A stretch of 64,000 nt of DNA from an uncultured Methanosarcinaceae archaeon. GTDB lineage: Archaea; Halobacteriota; Methanosarcinia; Methanosarcinales; Methanosarcinaceae. Location of the stretch: the NCBI GenBank assembly GCA_963721455.1, contig CAVRJG010000054.1, positions 96,001 through 160,000 of the forward strand, read 5' to 3'. The notes below the pieces were generated by a model. That model saw only the letters and a list, made by a program, of their open reading frames with translations. It had not been told where the DNA came from and searched no databases. Both the position numbers and the translations under genes were made by a program. Within the stretch, counting starts at the first letter, position 1. Each line of letters starts with the position of its first letter. This document shows, piece after piece, positions 52,652 to 63,080 of this stretch.

Positions 52652-53713
52652 TTAAAGAGGGATCAGTTCGACGAGCATTCCGTCTTCAAATGGATATCTT
52701 TCAATAATGAGAAGCTTGGATCCAGAAGGTTCCAATTCTTCCTTAATTTCCTCTTTCAGCTCTTCAAGTGCCCACCAGGCGATTTCGATTTTCCCGTCTT
52801 TCACTTCAAACAATTCTGATGGGATTTCCATGTTCTGCAGGGTTTCTTCTGCAAGTTTCTGGTTCCCACCCTCAATTATCCCATATACGAGAGTGCCGTC
52901 TTCCGTGATTTCATCAAATTCTCTAGCCGTATTCTTTGCGATCCGCTGAAACCTTTTGCGGAGCTGGACTGCATCCTTGTAGGTTGAGGAGCAAAAATGC
53001 GTTCTTTTACATGCCGAAAAGGCCGTCTCGGCGTATTTACAGGACCCGGCAGCCGCACTGGCCGTGTCTGATTCAAGGCAAAAGCCGTTTTTCAGGAGAG
53101 CTTTTGAGTTATTATCGGAAAATTCCAGTTCATTCAGGTTAAGGAAAACACCCACTTCTTCTGCAAAATCTGCAACTTTTTCCGCTCCTTCAAGGGCAGG
53201 AATCTCAATTCCGGTTTCAATTCCCAGCTCTTTTGCATTTTGCAGGGCATCTGCATACGGGCTGTGCTTGAGATCTTTCCAGCTTTCCTGTGGCGGGTGT
53301 AAACGGATTTCGTCAAGGCCTGCATCTGCGAGTTTTTCAAGGACCTGCCTATCAGGAGCCAGAGAAGTATAAAGATGGATGTGGTGTTCTTTTCCGAAAG
53401 AAGCCTTTAGCATCTGGATATAATGAAGCACTCTTTCGATTTTCAGGAGGGGTTCGCCGCCTGTAATCCCTGTCCCGAGAGCATTCATAATCCCAGCTTC
53501 CTTCAGTAAATCCTCATCGTTTTTTATAGCCCTTTCATTCGCAAAAACAAGGTCTTTTCCACGCCTTTCATCGGAAAGCGGGCAGTAAAAACAACTTTTA
53601 GGACAAAGGCCCGTTACAAAGAGTACCATTTTGGCGCCCTCCTGGCAGAGCCTGCAACCTTCAGAAAGGTAACTGCAAAAAGAGCCAGTCTCGTCTTCAG
53701 TGAACTTTTCCAT
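52652..53713 (-). CDS. Radical SAM protein (archaeal, uncharacterised)
   Basis: CPKSCFYC, ITGGEP and DEIRLHP; ATG at 53713 preferred. Confidence 0.88.
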   Translation of the reverse strand: MEKFTEDETGSFCSYLSEGCRLCQEGAKMVLFVTGLCPKSCFYCPLSDERRGKDLVFANERAIKNDEDLLKEAGIMNALGTGITGGEPLLKIERVLHYIQMLKASFGKEHHIHLYTSLAPDRQVLEKLADAGLDEIRLHPPQESWKDLKHSPYADALQNAKELGIETGIEIPALEGAEKVADFAEEVGVFLNLNELEFSDNNSKALLKNGFCLESDTASAAAGSCKYAETAFSACKRTHFCSSTYKDAVQLRKRFQRIAKNTAREFDEITEDGTLVYGIIEGGNQKLAEETLQNMEIPSELFEVKDGKIEIAWWALEELKEEIKEELEPSGSKLLIIERYPFEDGMLVELIPL

Positions 53714-53852
53714 ACCTGAACCTGCATATTCTTTTTTTATATATAAGGCTTGTTTTCGGATATCCATACACTCAGCATGAGAATAACTTTATGAAAAAGG
53801 AATTTTTCCTATCTGGAAACTGATATATCCTGAAGGTGCCAAAGGTTCACTG

Positions 53853-54038
53853 ATGTCAGAAAAAACCGGATACGTTGTGGTTTTCGGCTGTAAAAGGTGC
53901 GGAAAATGCAAGAATGTCTGTCCAGTGGACGCAATTTACGAGGAAAACGAGCTTGCCAAAATCGACCCGAAAAAATGTACTCTCTGTATGAAATGCATAG
54001 ATGAATGTACGAACAGATCCATTATCTATATGGAATAA
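53853..54038 (+). CDS. 2x[4Fe-4S] ferredoxin
   Basis: CKRCGKCKNVCP and CTLCMKCIDEC. Confidence 0.9.
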   Translation: MSEKTGYVVVFGCKRCGKCKNVCPVDAIYEENELAKIDPKKCTLCMKCIDECTNRSIIYME

Positions 54039-54048
54039 GGTGTTTAAC

Positions 54049-54771
54049 ATGGAAAAAATTCCGGTTCATGGAAAAATTATAGACATTACAACCCCGATTT
54101 CCCCTTTTACACGGGTTTTTCCCGGGGACCCGATACCTGCAATTGAGAGGGTCTGTACTCTTGAAAAGGAAGGTTGTGCGGTATCCAGGTTAAGTTTCGG
54201 AAGCCATACCGGTACCCATGTTGATGCCCCTTCTCACATTCTGGACAACGGCATGACTGTTGACAAACTCGAACTCAAAAACCTTATGGGAATGGCACTT
54301 ATCCTCGATTTTTCTTCACTGTCAGGTTCAATTACTGCCGATATTCTTGAAAAGGCCTTCCAGAATGCAGGAGCTCCTGAAAATATCTCAATTCTCCTTC
54401 TGAAAACAGAAGGCTTTTCCCGAAAACAAAAAAGCACAGATAATGTTAGTTCTTCAGGCGGGGAATCAGGTTCTCATAGCATGGAATCCGAGGAAGAAGA
54501 ATTTGACCCTGTATACCTTGACGAAAGTGGAGCAGCATGGATTGTCGGAGAAGGATTCAAAGCCATCGGAATTGACGGCTTTTCCGTGGATGATCTTCAT
54601 TCCGAAAGTCTGCCTGCCCACCACGTACTTCTTTCAGGTAACGTGAACATAGTAGAATGCCTTGAGCTCGGCTCAGTAAAAGCAGGGACCTATTTCTTCC
54701 TGTGCCTGCCCCTGAAAATCGAGGATTGTGACGGCTCGCCTGCAAGAGCTTTATTAATTTCCGATCCCTGA
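54049..54771 (+). CDS. Cyclase family protein (second paralog in window)
   Basis: FPGDP, HTGTHVDAPSH and DGSPARA. Confidence 0.88.
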   Translation: MEKIPVHGKIIDITTPISPFTRVFPGDPIPAIERVCTLEKEGCAVSRLSFGSHTGTHVDAPSHILDNGMTVDKLELKNLMGMALILDFSSLSGSITADILEKAFQNAGAPENISILLLKTEGFSRKQKSTDNVSSSGGESGSHSMESEEEEFDPVYLDESGAAWIVGEGFKAIGIDGFSVDDLHSESLPAHHVLLSGNVNIVECLELGSVKAGTYFFLCLPLKIEDCDGSPARALLISDP

Positions 54772-54855
54772 TTTCCGATCCCTGATTTCCTGCCCCTGGC
54801 TCTTATTTCTGATTTTTCACCGTTGATTTCTAATTCCTGAACTTTTTATTATCTT

Positions 54856-55455
54856 TCAGAAGTGAGACATGGTGTATCTTATCCCATTCTGCGTGACCAT
54901 CTCGAATATGAACTCTCCTGAAACCGGGTACTCTATTACCACTCCCGTCTTTTCAAGAGATAACCGTGTTTGATTGGTCTCCTTACTTCCCTCAGGCGTC
55001 CATCTTCCTTCTGAGTTACGCTCGCCTTTTATAAAGTGAACCGGCTTTCCTTCAAGAAACAATCGTTTCTTAACCCCGTTTTTATACTGGTAGATAATGG
55101 TATTGTTTTCGAGGGTCCAGTCAGAGTCGCTCAGTTGCCCATTGCATTCCGGGTCCGGGTCCACTCCGAAGCTAATGTACCTGACTGAAGCAGGAAGGGA
55201 AAATTCAAGGGCACACATGCTGCCTGCAGGGCTGAAACTTTCAGCAGAGTTCCGGGCATACCCTTCCTGGATTGAAAGGATCGACAGCGAAGCGGCTTCT
55301 GTCTGGGCTTTAATTTGTGCATCTTCCAGAACAGGACTCGCTGTATGCCAGGCCTGGGCCGCTAGAATTAAAACTGCTGCAAGTAGCCCGAGATATACAA
55401 CGAGTTTTAGCGGGATAGTATCTGCAGCCGCGGTGTCGGAGACGAGATCTCTCAT
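54856..55455 (-). CDS. Hypothetical protein with N-terminal hydrophobic helix (pilin-like N-terminus possible)
   Basis: AADTIPLKLVVYLGLLAAVLILA followed by a soluble domain. Confidence 0.65.
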   Translation of the reverse strand: MRDLVSDTAAADTIPLKLVVYLGLLAAVLILAAQAWHTASPVLEDAQIKAQTEAASLSILSIQEGYARNSAESFSPAGSMCALEFSLPASVRYISFGVDPDPECNGQLSDSDWTLENNTIIYQYKNGVKKRLFLEGKPVHFIKGERNSEGRWTPEGSKETNQTRLSLEKTGVVIEYPVSGEFIFEMVTQNGIRYTMSHF

Positions 55456-55840
55456 AGTAATTAAAATGTGCTACATACTAAATAATTTTAATTTAACTGG
55501 CAACAACTAACTTTTAGTAATTACGAACTAAAAGGAAAACTTGAAGGATAAAGAACAGATTAAAGGATAAATAAGAGATTACTAAAGGATAAGAAATTAA
55601 AAGTTAAAGAAAAACTTGAATAAAGTGCAGATTAAAGGACCGATTAGGCTTGAGTAAGGCACAAATTAAGACTCGAATAAAATAATTATTAAAAAACAAG
55701 AGAAGTTAAATAAGACACAACAAAGACTGGATACACTTGGAGGGTTTGGGATAAACGAAGAATCTGAAGAAAACCTGTTATGTATACCTTTTTCGGAAGA
55801 ACAGCTTTCTGAAATAAAGAAGTATGCGGCTCTGAATGAA

Positions 55841-56200
55841 ATGGAAGTTGAAGAATTCATAAAAAACGTTTGTCTGACTCACTGTCTCCAGCAAATGGAA
55901 TGCCTCTACGGGCCGAGTCCAGAAGCACCTGAGGCTGCAGGAGGGGCTGCAAAATCGGAAAGTGGGCCAAAAATTGAGCCACGGAAAGTTGAAATTAAAA
56001 GCAAAAAAACAGGCTCAACCTCAAAAGATCTACTTGATGGCCCGTTGATCTTGGACCAGCAGTGTATTATGGATCTATTTACAATCAAACGAGAGTTCGG
56101 CCATACCTCGAATAACAAGATAATTACTGCCGCCCTGAAGCTGGGTTTAAATCAGCTCAGTGTGGCTCTTGGTATGCTCAAACATAAACTGGATGAATAA
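55841..56200 (+). CDS. Hypothetical protein (frame open upstream to at least 55751)
   Basis: 119-aa ORF; in-frame ATA at 55751 follows GGAGGG. Confidence 0.55.
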   Translation: MEVEEFIKNVCLTHCLQQMECLYGPSPEAPEAAGGAAKSESGPKIEPRKVEIKSKKTGSTSKDLLDGPLILDQQCIMDLFTIKREFGHTSNNKIITAALKLGLNQLSVALGMLKHKLDE

Positions 56201-56281
56201 AGTGAAAAAAAGAAAAGGTTATAAGTATTCTTTTGCAAGCAGTTTTCTGCGGATGCAGGTCCAGTATCACTATCAGGTTTT

Positions 56282-56836
56282 TTAAGTTTTACTCTTAAAC
56301 CATTCCAGAAACCTATCAATGGCCCTGCGCCGATGGGAAACCTTGTTTTTCTCGGCATCTCCGAGTTCCCCGAAGGTCATGCCCTGGTATTCGAAGATAG
56401 GGTCGTACCCAAAACCACCTGTGCCTCTCTCTTCATATGTTATCTTCCCTTCCACAGTACCAGGGAAAACCAGAGGCTCTTTTCCGGGTTCGCAGTATCC
56501 GATTACGGTCTTAAAATAAGCTGCCCTGTCTTCCTCTCCTTTCATCAGTTTGAGCACTTTCGGGTTTCCGAGTTTGTCCTCTACAAAACGAGAGTAAGGG
56601 CCTGGAAAGCCATTTAAGGCTTTTATGAAAATTCCGGAGTCGTCTACCATTACAGGCATGTTCAGTTTGTTTGCAACATGCTGTGCCCCATAGGCTGCAA
56701 TTGGTTCAAGCTCATCTTCCTGAAGTTCGGGGTAGCCGTTTTTGTCCTGGATTGCTTCAATTCCGAAAGTTTTGAGGATATCCCTTACCTCGGCAAACTT
56801 GCCCTTATTTCCCGTAACGAACACGATTTTATGCAT
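56282..56836 (-). CDS. rdgB: Non-canonical purine NTP pyrophosphatase (Ham1/RdgB)
   Basis: [18 protein letters not shown] and SHR. Confidence 0.93.
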   Translation of the reverse strand: MHKIVFVTGNKGKFAEVRDILKTFGIEAIQDKNGYPELQEDELEPIAAYGAQHVANKLNMPVMVDDSGIFIKALNGFPGPYSRFVEDKLGNPKVLKLMKGEEDRAAYFKTVIGYCEPGKEPLVFPGTVEGKITYEERGTGGFGYDPIFEYQGMTFGELGDAEKNKVSHRRRAIDRFLEWFKSKT

Positions 56837-58466
56837 AACGAGCCCTCTTTTTTATCTCTTCAACGCGCTTGAGTACATCCTCTGAATCTATAAAAGTACT
56901 TTGATACCCTTTTTTGAAAGCTTCGGTAAGGGCTTCATAATAGCGGTGGGTACTCTCAAAGGTCTGGAAAAGCACATGGACATCTACACCTCTGGCTTCC
57001 AGGCCTTTGTCGAAATAAGCAAGTCCGAAGTCAAGGAGATAAAGCCTCTTTCCTGCAAGCAGAAGATTTGAGGTGGTCAGGTCCCCGTGTATTATGCCCG
57101 AACTGTGGAGTTTTCCGATAAGTTCTCCCACCTTTTCGGATATTTCAGGGGTAATCAGGTATTTTATAGGAATCCCATCGATATACTGCATTTTTAGCTT
57201 GAAATCTTCCACATCGTAGATAATCGGCGTGGAAACCCCACTGCGCCGGGCTTCAGACATCAGGCGGGCTTCTGTCCGGTTTCTTTCTGTCCTGATCTTC
57301 TCGTCAATCTCTTTATGCCTGTAAGCCTTCGGGACTCTTTCCTTAATAAGCACTTTCTTTCCTTCATGCCCTTCTTCCAGGTAAACAACAGCCTCGGCCC
57401 CGTTATCCAGCATTTCTCCAATCCTGAGTGAAGTTTCAGGGGAGATCTCAGGGACTTTTTTCATTTCTTCTTCCCTGACCCAGGTCACTTTTACATCATC
57501 AGTCCTGAAACTCGGGTTTACGCGGGACTCTTCAAGCGAGAGAGTGTTTCCCGACTTGTACATCAGAAGCCCGGTGTATGCGATCATTGTCCCGTTGTCT
57601 CCCATGAAGCGTTTTTCGGGCACATAGAACTTTGCGCCTCTGGCCTCGCACATGCCATTTAACATCTCCCGAAGCCTTGTGTTTGCCCCTACTCCTCCTG
57701 CCAGCAGAATTTCTTTTTTTCCTGTGTGGGCAAGGGCGCGTTCTGCAACTTCCACAACCATTGCAAAAGCCGTTTCCTGGTAAGAATAGCAGACATCCTC
57801 AAGAGAAGCTTTCTTCAGGGCTTCGCTGGATGCCGTGGAAAGCCCGGAAAAGGAAAGGTCCATTCCTTTTATCACATAAGGAAGTGGGATATACTTCTTT
57901 GCGTTCTTTGCATATGCCTCGATCTTTGGTCCTCCCGGGTGCGGCAGGCCAGCTCCCCGAGCAAATTTATCAAGGGCGTTTCCAAGCCCGATATCCAGGG
58001 TTTCCCCAAAGACTCTGTACCGTCCCCCCATATAGGAAATAACCTGGGAATTAGCCCCGCTTACGTAAAGAACAACAGGGTCCTTTGCCAACGTTCTCCA
58101 GATCCCGATTTCTATATGTGCGATGCAGTGGTTGACCCCTATCAGCGGGACGCCCAGGGAAAGGGAAAGCATCCTGGCTGCCGTTGCAACCGTCCTCAGG
58201 CACGGCCCAAGCCCAGGCCCCTGGGAAAAAGCTATTCCATCGATATCTGAAGGCTCAACTTCTTTTTCTTTTGCCTCTGCAAGGAGCCTTTTGATAACGC
58301 TAGCTGCATATTTTGCATGGTGTTGGGCTGCTTCCCTGGGGTGAATCCCTCCGGTTTCTGGTCTATAGGTCTCTGTGACCTCGGCAATAATCTCTGTCTC
58401 GGTTACGATTGCGGCACTCAGGTTCCAGGCAGTACCTTCGATTCCAAGGATGAACGTGTTTTTCAA
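56829..58466 (-). CDS. kae1: Bifunctional Kae1-Bud32 (t6A synthase / kinase) fusion
   Basis: [19 protein letters not shown] and DNGTMI; C-terminal [16 protein letters not shown]. Confidence 0.95.
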   Translation of the reverse strand: MKNTFILGIEGTAWNLSAAIVTETEIIAEVTETYRPETGGIHPREAAQHHAKYAASVIKRLLAEAKEKEVEPSDIDGIAFSQGPGLGPCLRTVATAARMLSLSLGVPLIGVNHCIAHIEIGIWRTLAKDPVVLYVSGANSQVISYMGGRYRVFGETLDIGLGNALDKFARGAGLPHPGGPKIEAYAKNAKKYIPLPYVIKGMDLSFSGLSTASSEALKKASLEDVCYSYQETAFAMVVEVAERALAHTGKKEILLAGGVGANTRLREMLNGMCEARGAKFYVPEKRFMGDNGTMIAYTGLLMYKSGNTLSLEESRVNPSFRTDDVKVTWVREEEMKKVPEISPETSLRIGEMLDNGAEAVVYLEEGHEGKKVLIKERVPKAYRHKEIDEKIRTERNRTEARLMSEARRSGVSTPIIYDVEDFKLKMQYIDGIPIKYLITPEISEKVGELIGKLHSSGIIHGDLTTSNLLLAGKRLYLLDFGLAYFDKGLEARGVDVHVLFQTFESTHRYYEALTEAFKKGYQSTFIDSEDVLKRVEEIKKRARYA

Positions 58467-58536
58467 GGCTTACGGTCTCCTTCCAGTCCTTTTTGCTGTC
58501 ACTGCCTTCGATAATACAGGATAGGTCTTATATACG

Positions 58537-58605
58537 TTTGCATCCCGAGTTGCGCTTCGGGAGCACGCGGTCCGTTTCACTCGCTTCGCTCGCTCAAGCG
58601 GACTA
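58537..58605. repeat. GC-rich palindromic (REP-like) element; inverted partner at ~59028-59145
   Basis: tcccgagttgcgcttcggga...ctcgcttcgctcgctcaag versus cttgagcgaacgaagtgagcg...tcccgaagcggaactcggga. Confidence 0.7.
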
Positions 58606-58666
58606 ATTTATGGGACCGAAATTTCCGTATCTTTCCGCGCAGTCTGTTCCCTAAGCTTCAGTAAAG

Positions 58667-58750
58667 GTAATAACTGCAAATTTTCGAATAATTCTCCAAA
58701 AACGATAACCGGAAAAATGTTATTTTTTGAAAACATCTGCGGGAAGTCAG
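58667..58750 (-). mobile_element. Left-end fragment of MITE family C
   Basis: Reverse complement ctgacttcccgcagatgttttcaaaaaataacat...tatcgtttttgga aligns to 39315-39400. Confidence 0.7.
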
Positions 58751-58834
58751 TATAAATACGGGCGCAGAAGATAGTTACTGATTTGATTTTCACTAATTTG
58801 CCGGCTCCTTTAAACTCAAGCCTGAGCAGTTTAT

Positions 58835-58963
58835 GAGCTCATCCCAAAACCAATTTTATTTCCACATCAATAAAAGTATTAGAATTATTTTCAGAATCAG
58901 AACTTGAGCAATTATTCCAAATTCGAGTTTCAGAAAAGCAATTTTGAGTTTTGGGATCAGCTC
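58835..58963. mobile_element. MITE family A
   Basis: Same TIRs and TAT flanks as 523-653. Confidence 0.8.
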
Positions 58964-59027
58964 TATAATAAAAATATATTCAATGGAAAATTAGCCTTCT
59001 TGGCTCAGCTAAATATCTTCATTGTAA

Positions 59028-59145
59028 TTCAGCCCTCTTGAGCGAACGAAGTGAGCGAAAAGGGCACCGTGCTGTTGCGATTACATCGCAATTCCCAGAA
59101 AATCTCTGATTTCCTGTGATCCCGAAGCGGAACTCGGGAGTGAAA
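59028..59145. repeat. GC-rich palindromic (REP-like) element, inverted relative to 58537-58605, with an internal insert
   Basis: See partner at 58537-58605. Confidence 0.7.
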
Positions 59146-59209
59146 GGAACCACAGGAAATTTCCTGCGGTTCGGGTTGAAAAATAAGTTATATTAATTCT
59201 TGAAGTGGA

Positions 59210-59359
59210 TTACTTCTTGAATTCGGTATAGCCGCACTTTCCGCAAGCAAGGCGGGTTTTGTGTTCGGCAAGAAATACACCGGGTCCGCATCTGGGACAG
59301 AACTGTTTGAGTCTGGTTACGGAGTCGCCCTGGACTTTGTAGTAATCTTTTACTGCCAT
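59210..59359 (-). CDS. rps27ae: 30S ribosomal protein S27ae (not in ORF track)
   Basis: [49 protein letters not shown]. Confidence 0.96.
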   Translation of the reverse strand: MAVKDYYKVQGDSVTRLKQFCPRCGPGVFLAEHKTRLACGKCGYTEFKK

Positions 59360-59380
59360 GTATATGCACCTCTATAAGGC

Positions 59381-59686
59381 TTATGCCTCTTCTCCCTCAG
59401 GTTTTTCTCCCGGGGTCGGGTTTCTCTTCAGGACGTATTCCAGTTCTACTTCTTTCATGCGGTTTGCATCTTCGTAGAGTTTGGCATAGCCCTTGCCTTC
59501 CTGCATACCATATTCGGTTTTGATCCTCTGGATTACCAGCAGTTCAAGAGGGGCATTCAACATTGCAGCGAGTTTATTCCTGATGTCACTTCTGGACGGA
59601 GTCGAACCTTCATATTTCACTATGAAATCCAGTTCCCTTCTGTTTAAAAGTGCATTTTTCTTATCTTTAAGGATCTTTATGTCCAT
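59381..59686 (-). CDS. rps24e: 30S ribosomal protein S24e
   Basis: [12 protein letters not shown] and GYAKLY; operon context. Confidence 0.95.
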   Translation of the reverse strand: MDIKILKDKKNALLNRRELDFIVKYEGSTPSRSDIRNKLAAMLNAPLELLVIQRIKTEYGMQEGKGYAKLYEDANRMKEVELEYVLKRNPTPGEKPEGEEA

Positions 59687-60254
59687 TTAAAATTCTCCGT
59701 ATCTTATCCAATTCATAATTCTGATTTTTGCTGACGAGCTTCTCAAAGAGAGTCCTTATCTCCTCTCTTTTTTCTTCAGTGACCTTCACAAGGACCACGC
59801 CTTCATCGGGCTGTCCGTACAGGACGACAGCATCGAGAGGGGCCAGAAGGATCACAGGAAGGGTTGCCAGGTCCTCTTCTCCCCTTACAAAAATCCGGAG
59901 AGGCTTTTCGGAGGCAAACGCTTCGCAAAGGGTTTTAATCAACTCATCGGTAATAATCCCTGCAGGGTTGTCCACAGATACTTCTTCGTAGACCTTGTCC
60001 ATATTCCGAGCCGACACATGTGTGGATACCGGTTTCCTTTTGGTGCGGTTGTCCACAATACAGATGTCCGGAAAAATGCCGGCTTCGAGCAGGTGGAAGG
60101 TAGTAACATCCCCTACGGATATAAGTTTTGTGGAGCCTGTAAGCTCCCCTACAAACTTTTCTATAGTATCCCTGCCCTTCCCCCTGTAGAGTGTACCGAG
60201 GGGTTTTTTCATAAGTGGACGAAGTTCTCTCGGAAGCTCGATATGAACACTCAA
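59667..60254 (-). CDS. GTP-dependent dephospho-CoA kinase (DUF359)
   Basis: SVGDVTT, VD.RTKR, NPAG.IT, GEEDL and YGQP.EG. Confidence 0.9.
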   Translation of the reverse strand: MSVHIELPRELRPLMKKPLGTLYRGKGRDTIEKFVGELTGSTKLISVGDVTTFHLLEAGIFPDICIVDNRTKRKPVSTHVSARNMDKVYEEVSVDNPAGIITDELIKTLCEAFASEKPLRIFVRGEEDLATLPVILLAPLDAVVLYGQPDEGVVLVKVTEEKREEIRTLFEKLVSKNQNYELDKIRRILNGHKDP

Positions 60255-60255
60255 C

Positions 60256-60441
60256 TCAGCGCACCTTCAGAGCAAATTTATCCGAAATGTCAACTCCAAG
60301 CTTTTTTGCTATTTCTGAGCGTTCAGCATCCAGGATAATTACAAGCCCATTCCATTCCTCTGCAAGATCCGAAGTCCCGCAGATCGGGCAGTTTTGCCCT
60401 TCCAGGACTCTCATGCAGTGCCGACATGCTTTTTCTGCCAT
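60256..60441 (-). CDS. spt4: Transcription elongation factor Spt4 (RpoE'')
   Basis: ACRHC...CPICG...W.G...SEIAKKLG...FALKVR. Confidence 0.95.
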   Translation of the reverse strand: MAEKACRHCMRVLEGQNCPICGTSDLAEEWNGLVIILDAERSEIAKKLGVDISDKFALKVR

Positions 60442-60467
60442 TGTAAATCCTCTTCTTTATTTTTCGT

Positions 60468-61052
60468 TCAGGCAGTTTCTTCAGTTCCAACTTCGTGAGG
60501 CTGCTTCTTTTTGCGGACTTCTTCGAGCCACTGCAACTTTCCCAGAGCAGTCTGACGCATGGTAAGGCCTATTTTGCTTTCTTTGGGCTCCCGTTCGTTA
60601 ATGCTTACAGCAACAACCCGGGCTCTTACATGGTCCCCTTCGGCAATGGACTTGCCTCCGGTTTTTGCCACAAGCCTCGCGTTCTTGGCATCGTATGACA
60701 TAAAATCATCAGTGATCTGGCTGACGTGAAGTAATCCGTCCATCGGCCCCATTCCTACGAAAACTCCGAAACCGACGGCTTCGACAACTTCGCCTTCTAT
60801 AATTTCCTGGAGCTCAGGCACAAACATTACCGCTTCGAATGTCACATCGTAGTATACTGCCCCGTCTCCTACGAGGATGTGCCCTTCCCCTATCTCGTCG
60901 ATCTTGCAAATCGCAACGAGGGAACCAAGTTTTTTGTCAACCTGCCCCTCAAGTTTTTCTCTTAACGCGTTTTTAACAGTAGGCATCACTTCTTCCCCTA
61001 AAAGGGTAGGAGGGATACGGACCGTATCAACGAGTTTCATCATTTTATACAT
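60468..61052 (-). CDS. rpoE: RNA polymerase subunit E' (Rpo7)
   Basis: VRIPP, GDGAVY, GPMDGLLHVSQ and KIGLTMRQ. Confidence 0.95.
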   Translation of the reverse strand: MYKMMKLVDTVRIPPTLLGEEVMPTVKNALREKLEGQVDKKLGSLVAICKIDEIGEGHILVGDGAVYYDVTFEAVMFVPELQEIIEGEVVEAVGFGVFVGMGPMDGLLHVSQITDDFMSYDAKNARLVAKTGGKSIAEGDHVRARVVAVSINEREPKESKIGLTMRQTALGKLQWLEEVRKKKQPHEVGTEETA

Positions 61053-61113
61053 CTACTAATCACCCGTAAACACAATCAATTGCAATGCTGCCCGGAAAAA
61101 TCCTGTGGGTCTT

Positions 61114-61479
61114 TCAGACAAGGTCCAGTCTGTTTTTCTGGCGCAGGGATACGGTCTGGACTCCTTTTTCGGCAAGCCTGCGCTTCAACCCTATGTCATT
61201 TGTTAGAACAGCTGCTCCCATTTCTTTTGCTAGCCTGAGAATAACATCATCCGCAGGCCCTGTGGCAGCTATGCGCTCGCACCTGTCCATCATGGATCTG
61301 GCGACCTTTGCAGCTGTTTTGTCTGAACCTTTTTCCCGCTTTATGAGTTTTTCTATCTCGAATACTACAGCTTCAGGCACAAAAAATTCGTTAAATCCCA
61401 GCCTTCTCAGTTCTTCGAAAATATCCACTCCGAACTGGACAGGGATCATGAACCCGTTAGTATCGATTATAACTTTCAA
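61114..61479 (-). CDS. PIN-domain protein (Fcf1/Utp24-like)
   Basis: IIDTN, ADD and TND. Confidence 0.88.
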   Translation of the reverse strand: MKVIIDTNGFMIPVQFGVDIFEELRRLGFNEFFVPEAVVFEIEKLIKREKGSDKTAAKVARSMMDRCERIAATGPADDVILRLAKEMGAAVLTNDIGLKRRLAEKGVQTVSLRQKNRLDLV

Positions 61480-62702
61480 CTCTTTATTACCCCTACCCCA
61501 ATGAGCCGCCAGCGAGAGTCAATTCTCCTGCTGATAGCAACCCTTGACCCGATGGCTGCGCTGATCGGGCGCTTGAGCGCCACCTGTGCTTCATTTTTCC
61601 GGGCACTTGTGACCACTCCTACAGTCGTTGCGGTTCCTATGTTGAGCATAAGAGGTTCACTGGTCTTGATTTCGTTGATCTTTTCTTCCCTTGTAACTCC
61701 CACAACCCTGTCGAGCAGGTGTAACTCCATGACAAACTGGTGCCGGGTCTCAGGAAGGGTGCCGGGTGCGCCTGCAATCTGTCCTGTTAAAGAATCGCCT
61801 TTTGTCAGGGTAGGGTCAAGATAAGTTCCGACAGCCAGAAGCCCTCCTGGTGTTGCTTCTTCTACCTTTGTCGCGCCTGCATAGATAGATGAAACAGTTG
61901 TCAGAATGGGAACCCACCTTGTACTGCCTTCGGTTGTAACCTTAATTCCCGGCCTTATCTCCAGCTCGTCTCCAGGGTGAAGTACCCCTTCTGTCAGGGT
62001 GCCTCCGATAACTCCTCCGCGGATTTCATCGATTGAAGCTCCTGGCCTGTTGATGTCAAAAGAACGCGCAATCAACATGCTGGCAGGCTTGTCCACTTTG
62101 TGGACAGGAGCAGGAATCTGGGTTTCCAGAGCATCGATAAGGACATCGATGTTGATGTTCTGCTGGGCAGAGATCGGGATAATGGGTGCGTTTTCTGCGA
62201 CCGTGCCTTTGACAAATTCCTTTATCTGGTGGTAGTGCTCGATAAGGCGCTCTCTGGATACAAGGTCGATCTTGTTTTGCACTATAACAATATTTTCAAT
62301 CCCTATTATATCCAGAGCCATCAGGTGTTCTTTTGTCTGGGGCTGCGGGCAGTCTTCGTTTGCGGCAATTACCAGCACTGCCCCGTCCATAATTGCGGCT
62401 CCCGAGAGCATGGTCGCCATCAGGGTCTCGTGCCCTGGGGCGTCCACAAAGGACACAGTCCTGTGTTCTTCCGTCTTTTCTCCGCAGTTAGGGCAGGTCT
62501 TTTCCACAGTGTAACACTGAGGAGCAGGGCATTTAGGGCACTTCATGAATGGGGAGTCTGCATACCCCAGCCTGATAGAAATCCCTCTTTTTACTTCTTC
62601 ACTATGCGTATCTGTCCACACGCCTGATAAGGCTTTAACAAGTGTGGTTTTTCCATGGTCGACATGGCCTACCATGCCGATATTAACACAAGGTTGACTC
62701 AA
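61476..62702 (-). CDS. eif2g: Translation initiation factor aIF2 gamma
   Basis: [23 protein letters not shown] and NKID. Confidence 0.97.
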   Translation of the reverse strand: MSQPCVNIGMVGHVDHGKTTLVKALSGVWTDTHSEEVKRGISIRLGYADSPFMKCPKCPAPQCYTVEKTCPNCGEKTEEHRTVSFVDAPGHETLMATMLSGAAIMDGAVLVIAANEDCPQPQTKEHLMALDIIGIENIVIVQNKIDLVSRERLIEHYHQIKEFVKGTVAENAPIIPISAQQNINIDVLIDALETQIPAPVHKVDKPASMLIARSFDINRPGASIDEIRGGVIGGTLTEGVLHPGDELEIRPGIKVTTEGSTRWVPILTTVSSIYAGATKVEEATPGGLLAVGTYLDPTLTKGDSLTGQIAGAPGTLPETRHQFVMELHLLDRVVGVTREEKINEIKTSEPLMLNIGTATTVGVVTSARKNEAQVALKRPISAAIGSRVAISRRIDSRWRLIGVGVIKS

Positions 62703-63080
62703 TTTGTAATTTCCTCCAGTAAAGTGAAACTAATCCGATATAAGGCAGGTTTTTATCCGAAATATGTACCATAAGAATTTTGCATTGCTTTTTTCCAGCG
62801 GATCCGCAGATTCCAACCCTGAACTTATATGATCTATAATTTGTAATGTAACTTATAAATTAAAGCGGGATTTTTGCTGGGTGCGGGCTTTAAAATGAAC
62901 CCGGAATCCTTCCCTGGTCTACAGAGTAGATTCCGGATTACCGCAATTGGAAACCCGGGCAAGTTATATCATTAAATTTTTTTTATCGCAGTTTGAATCT
63001 TGCAGATTCCTGCGATACTTTTAAAGTTTACGGTATCCTGCATAATTCATATCTACTAATGCCGGAAAGCCTTAATAAAT

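Noticed and set aside
54757-54790. 14-bp direct duplication at the cyclase stop (also short purine-rich repeats at ~14498-14542)
   Set aside because: Simple slippage duplications with no further structure
59235-59245. cactttccgca resembling the intron IBS2-IBS1 target on the antisense strand of rps27ae
   Set aside because: Mismatch at the splice-adjacent position, and explained by the CGKC zinc-finger codons; likely chance
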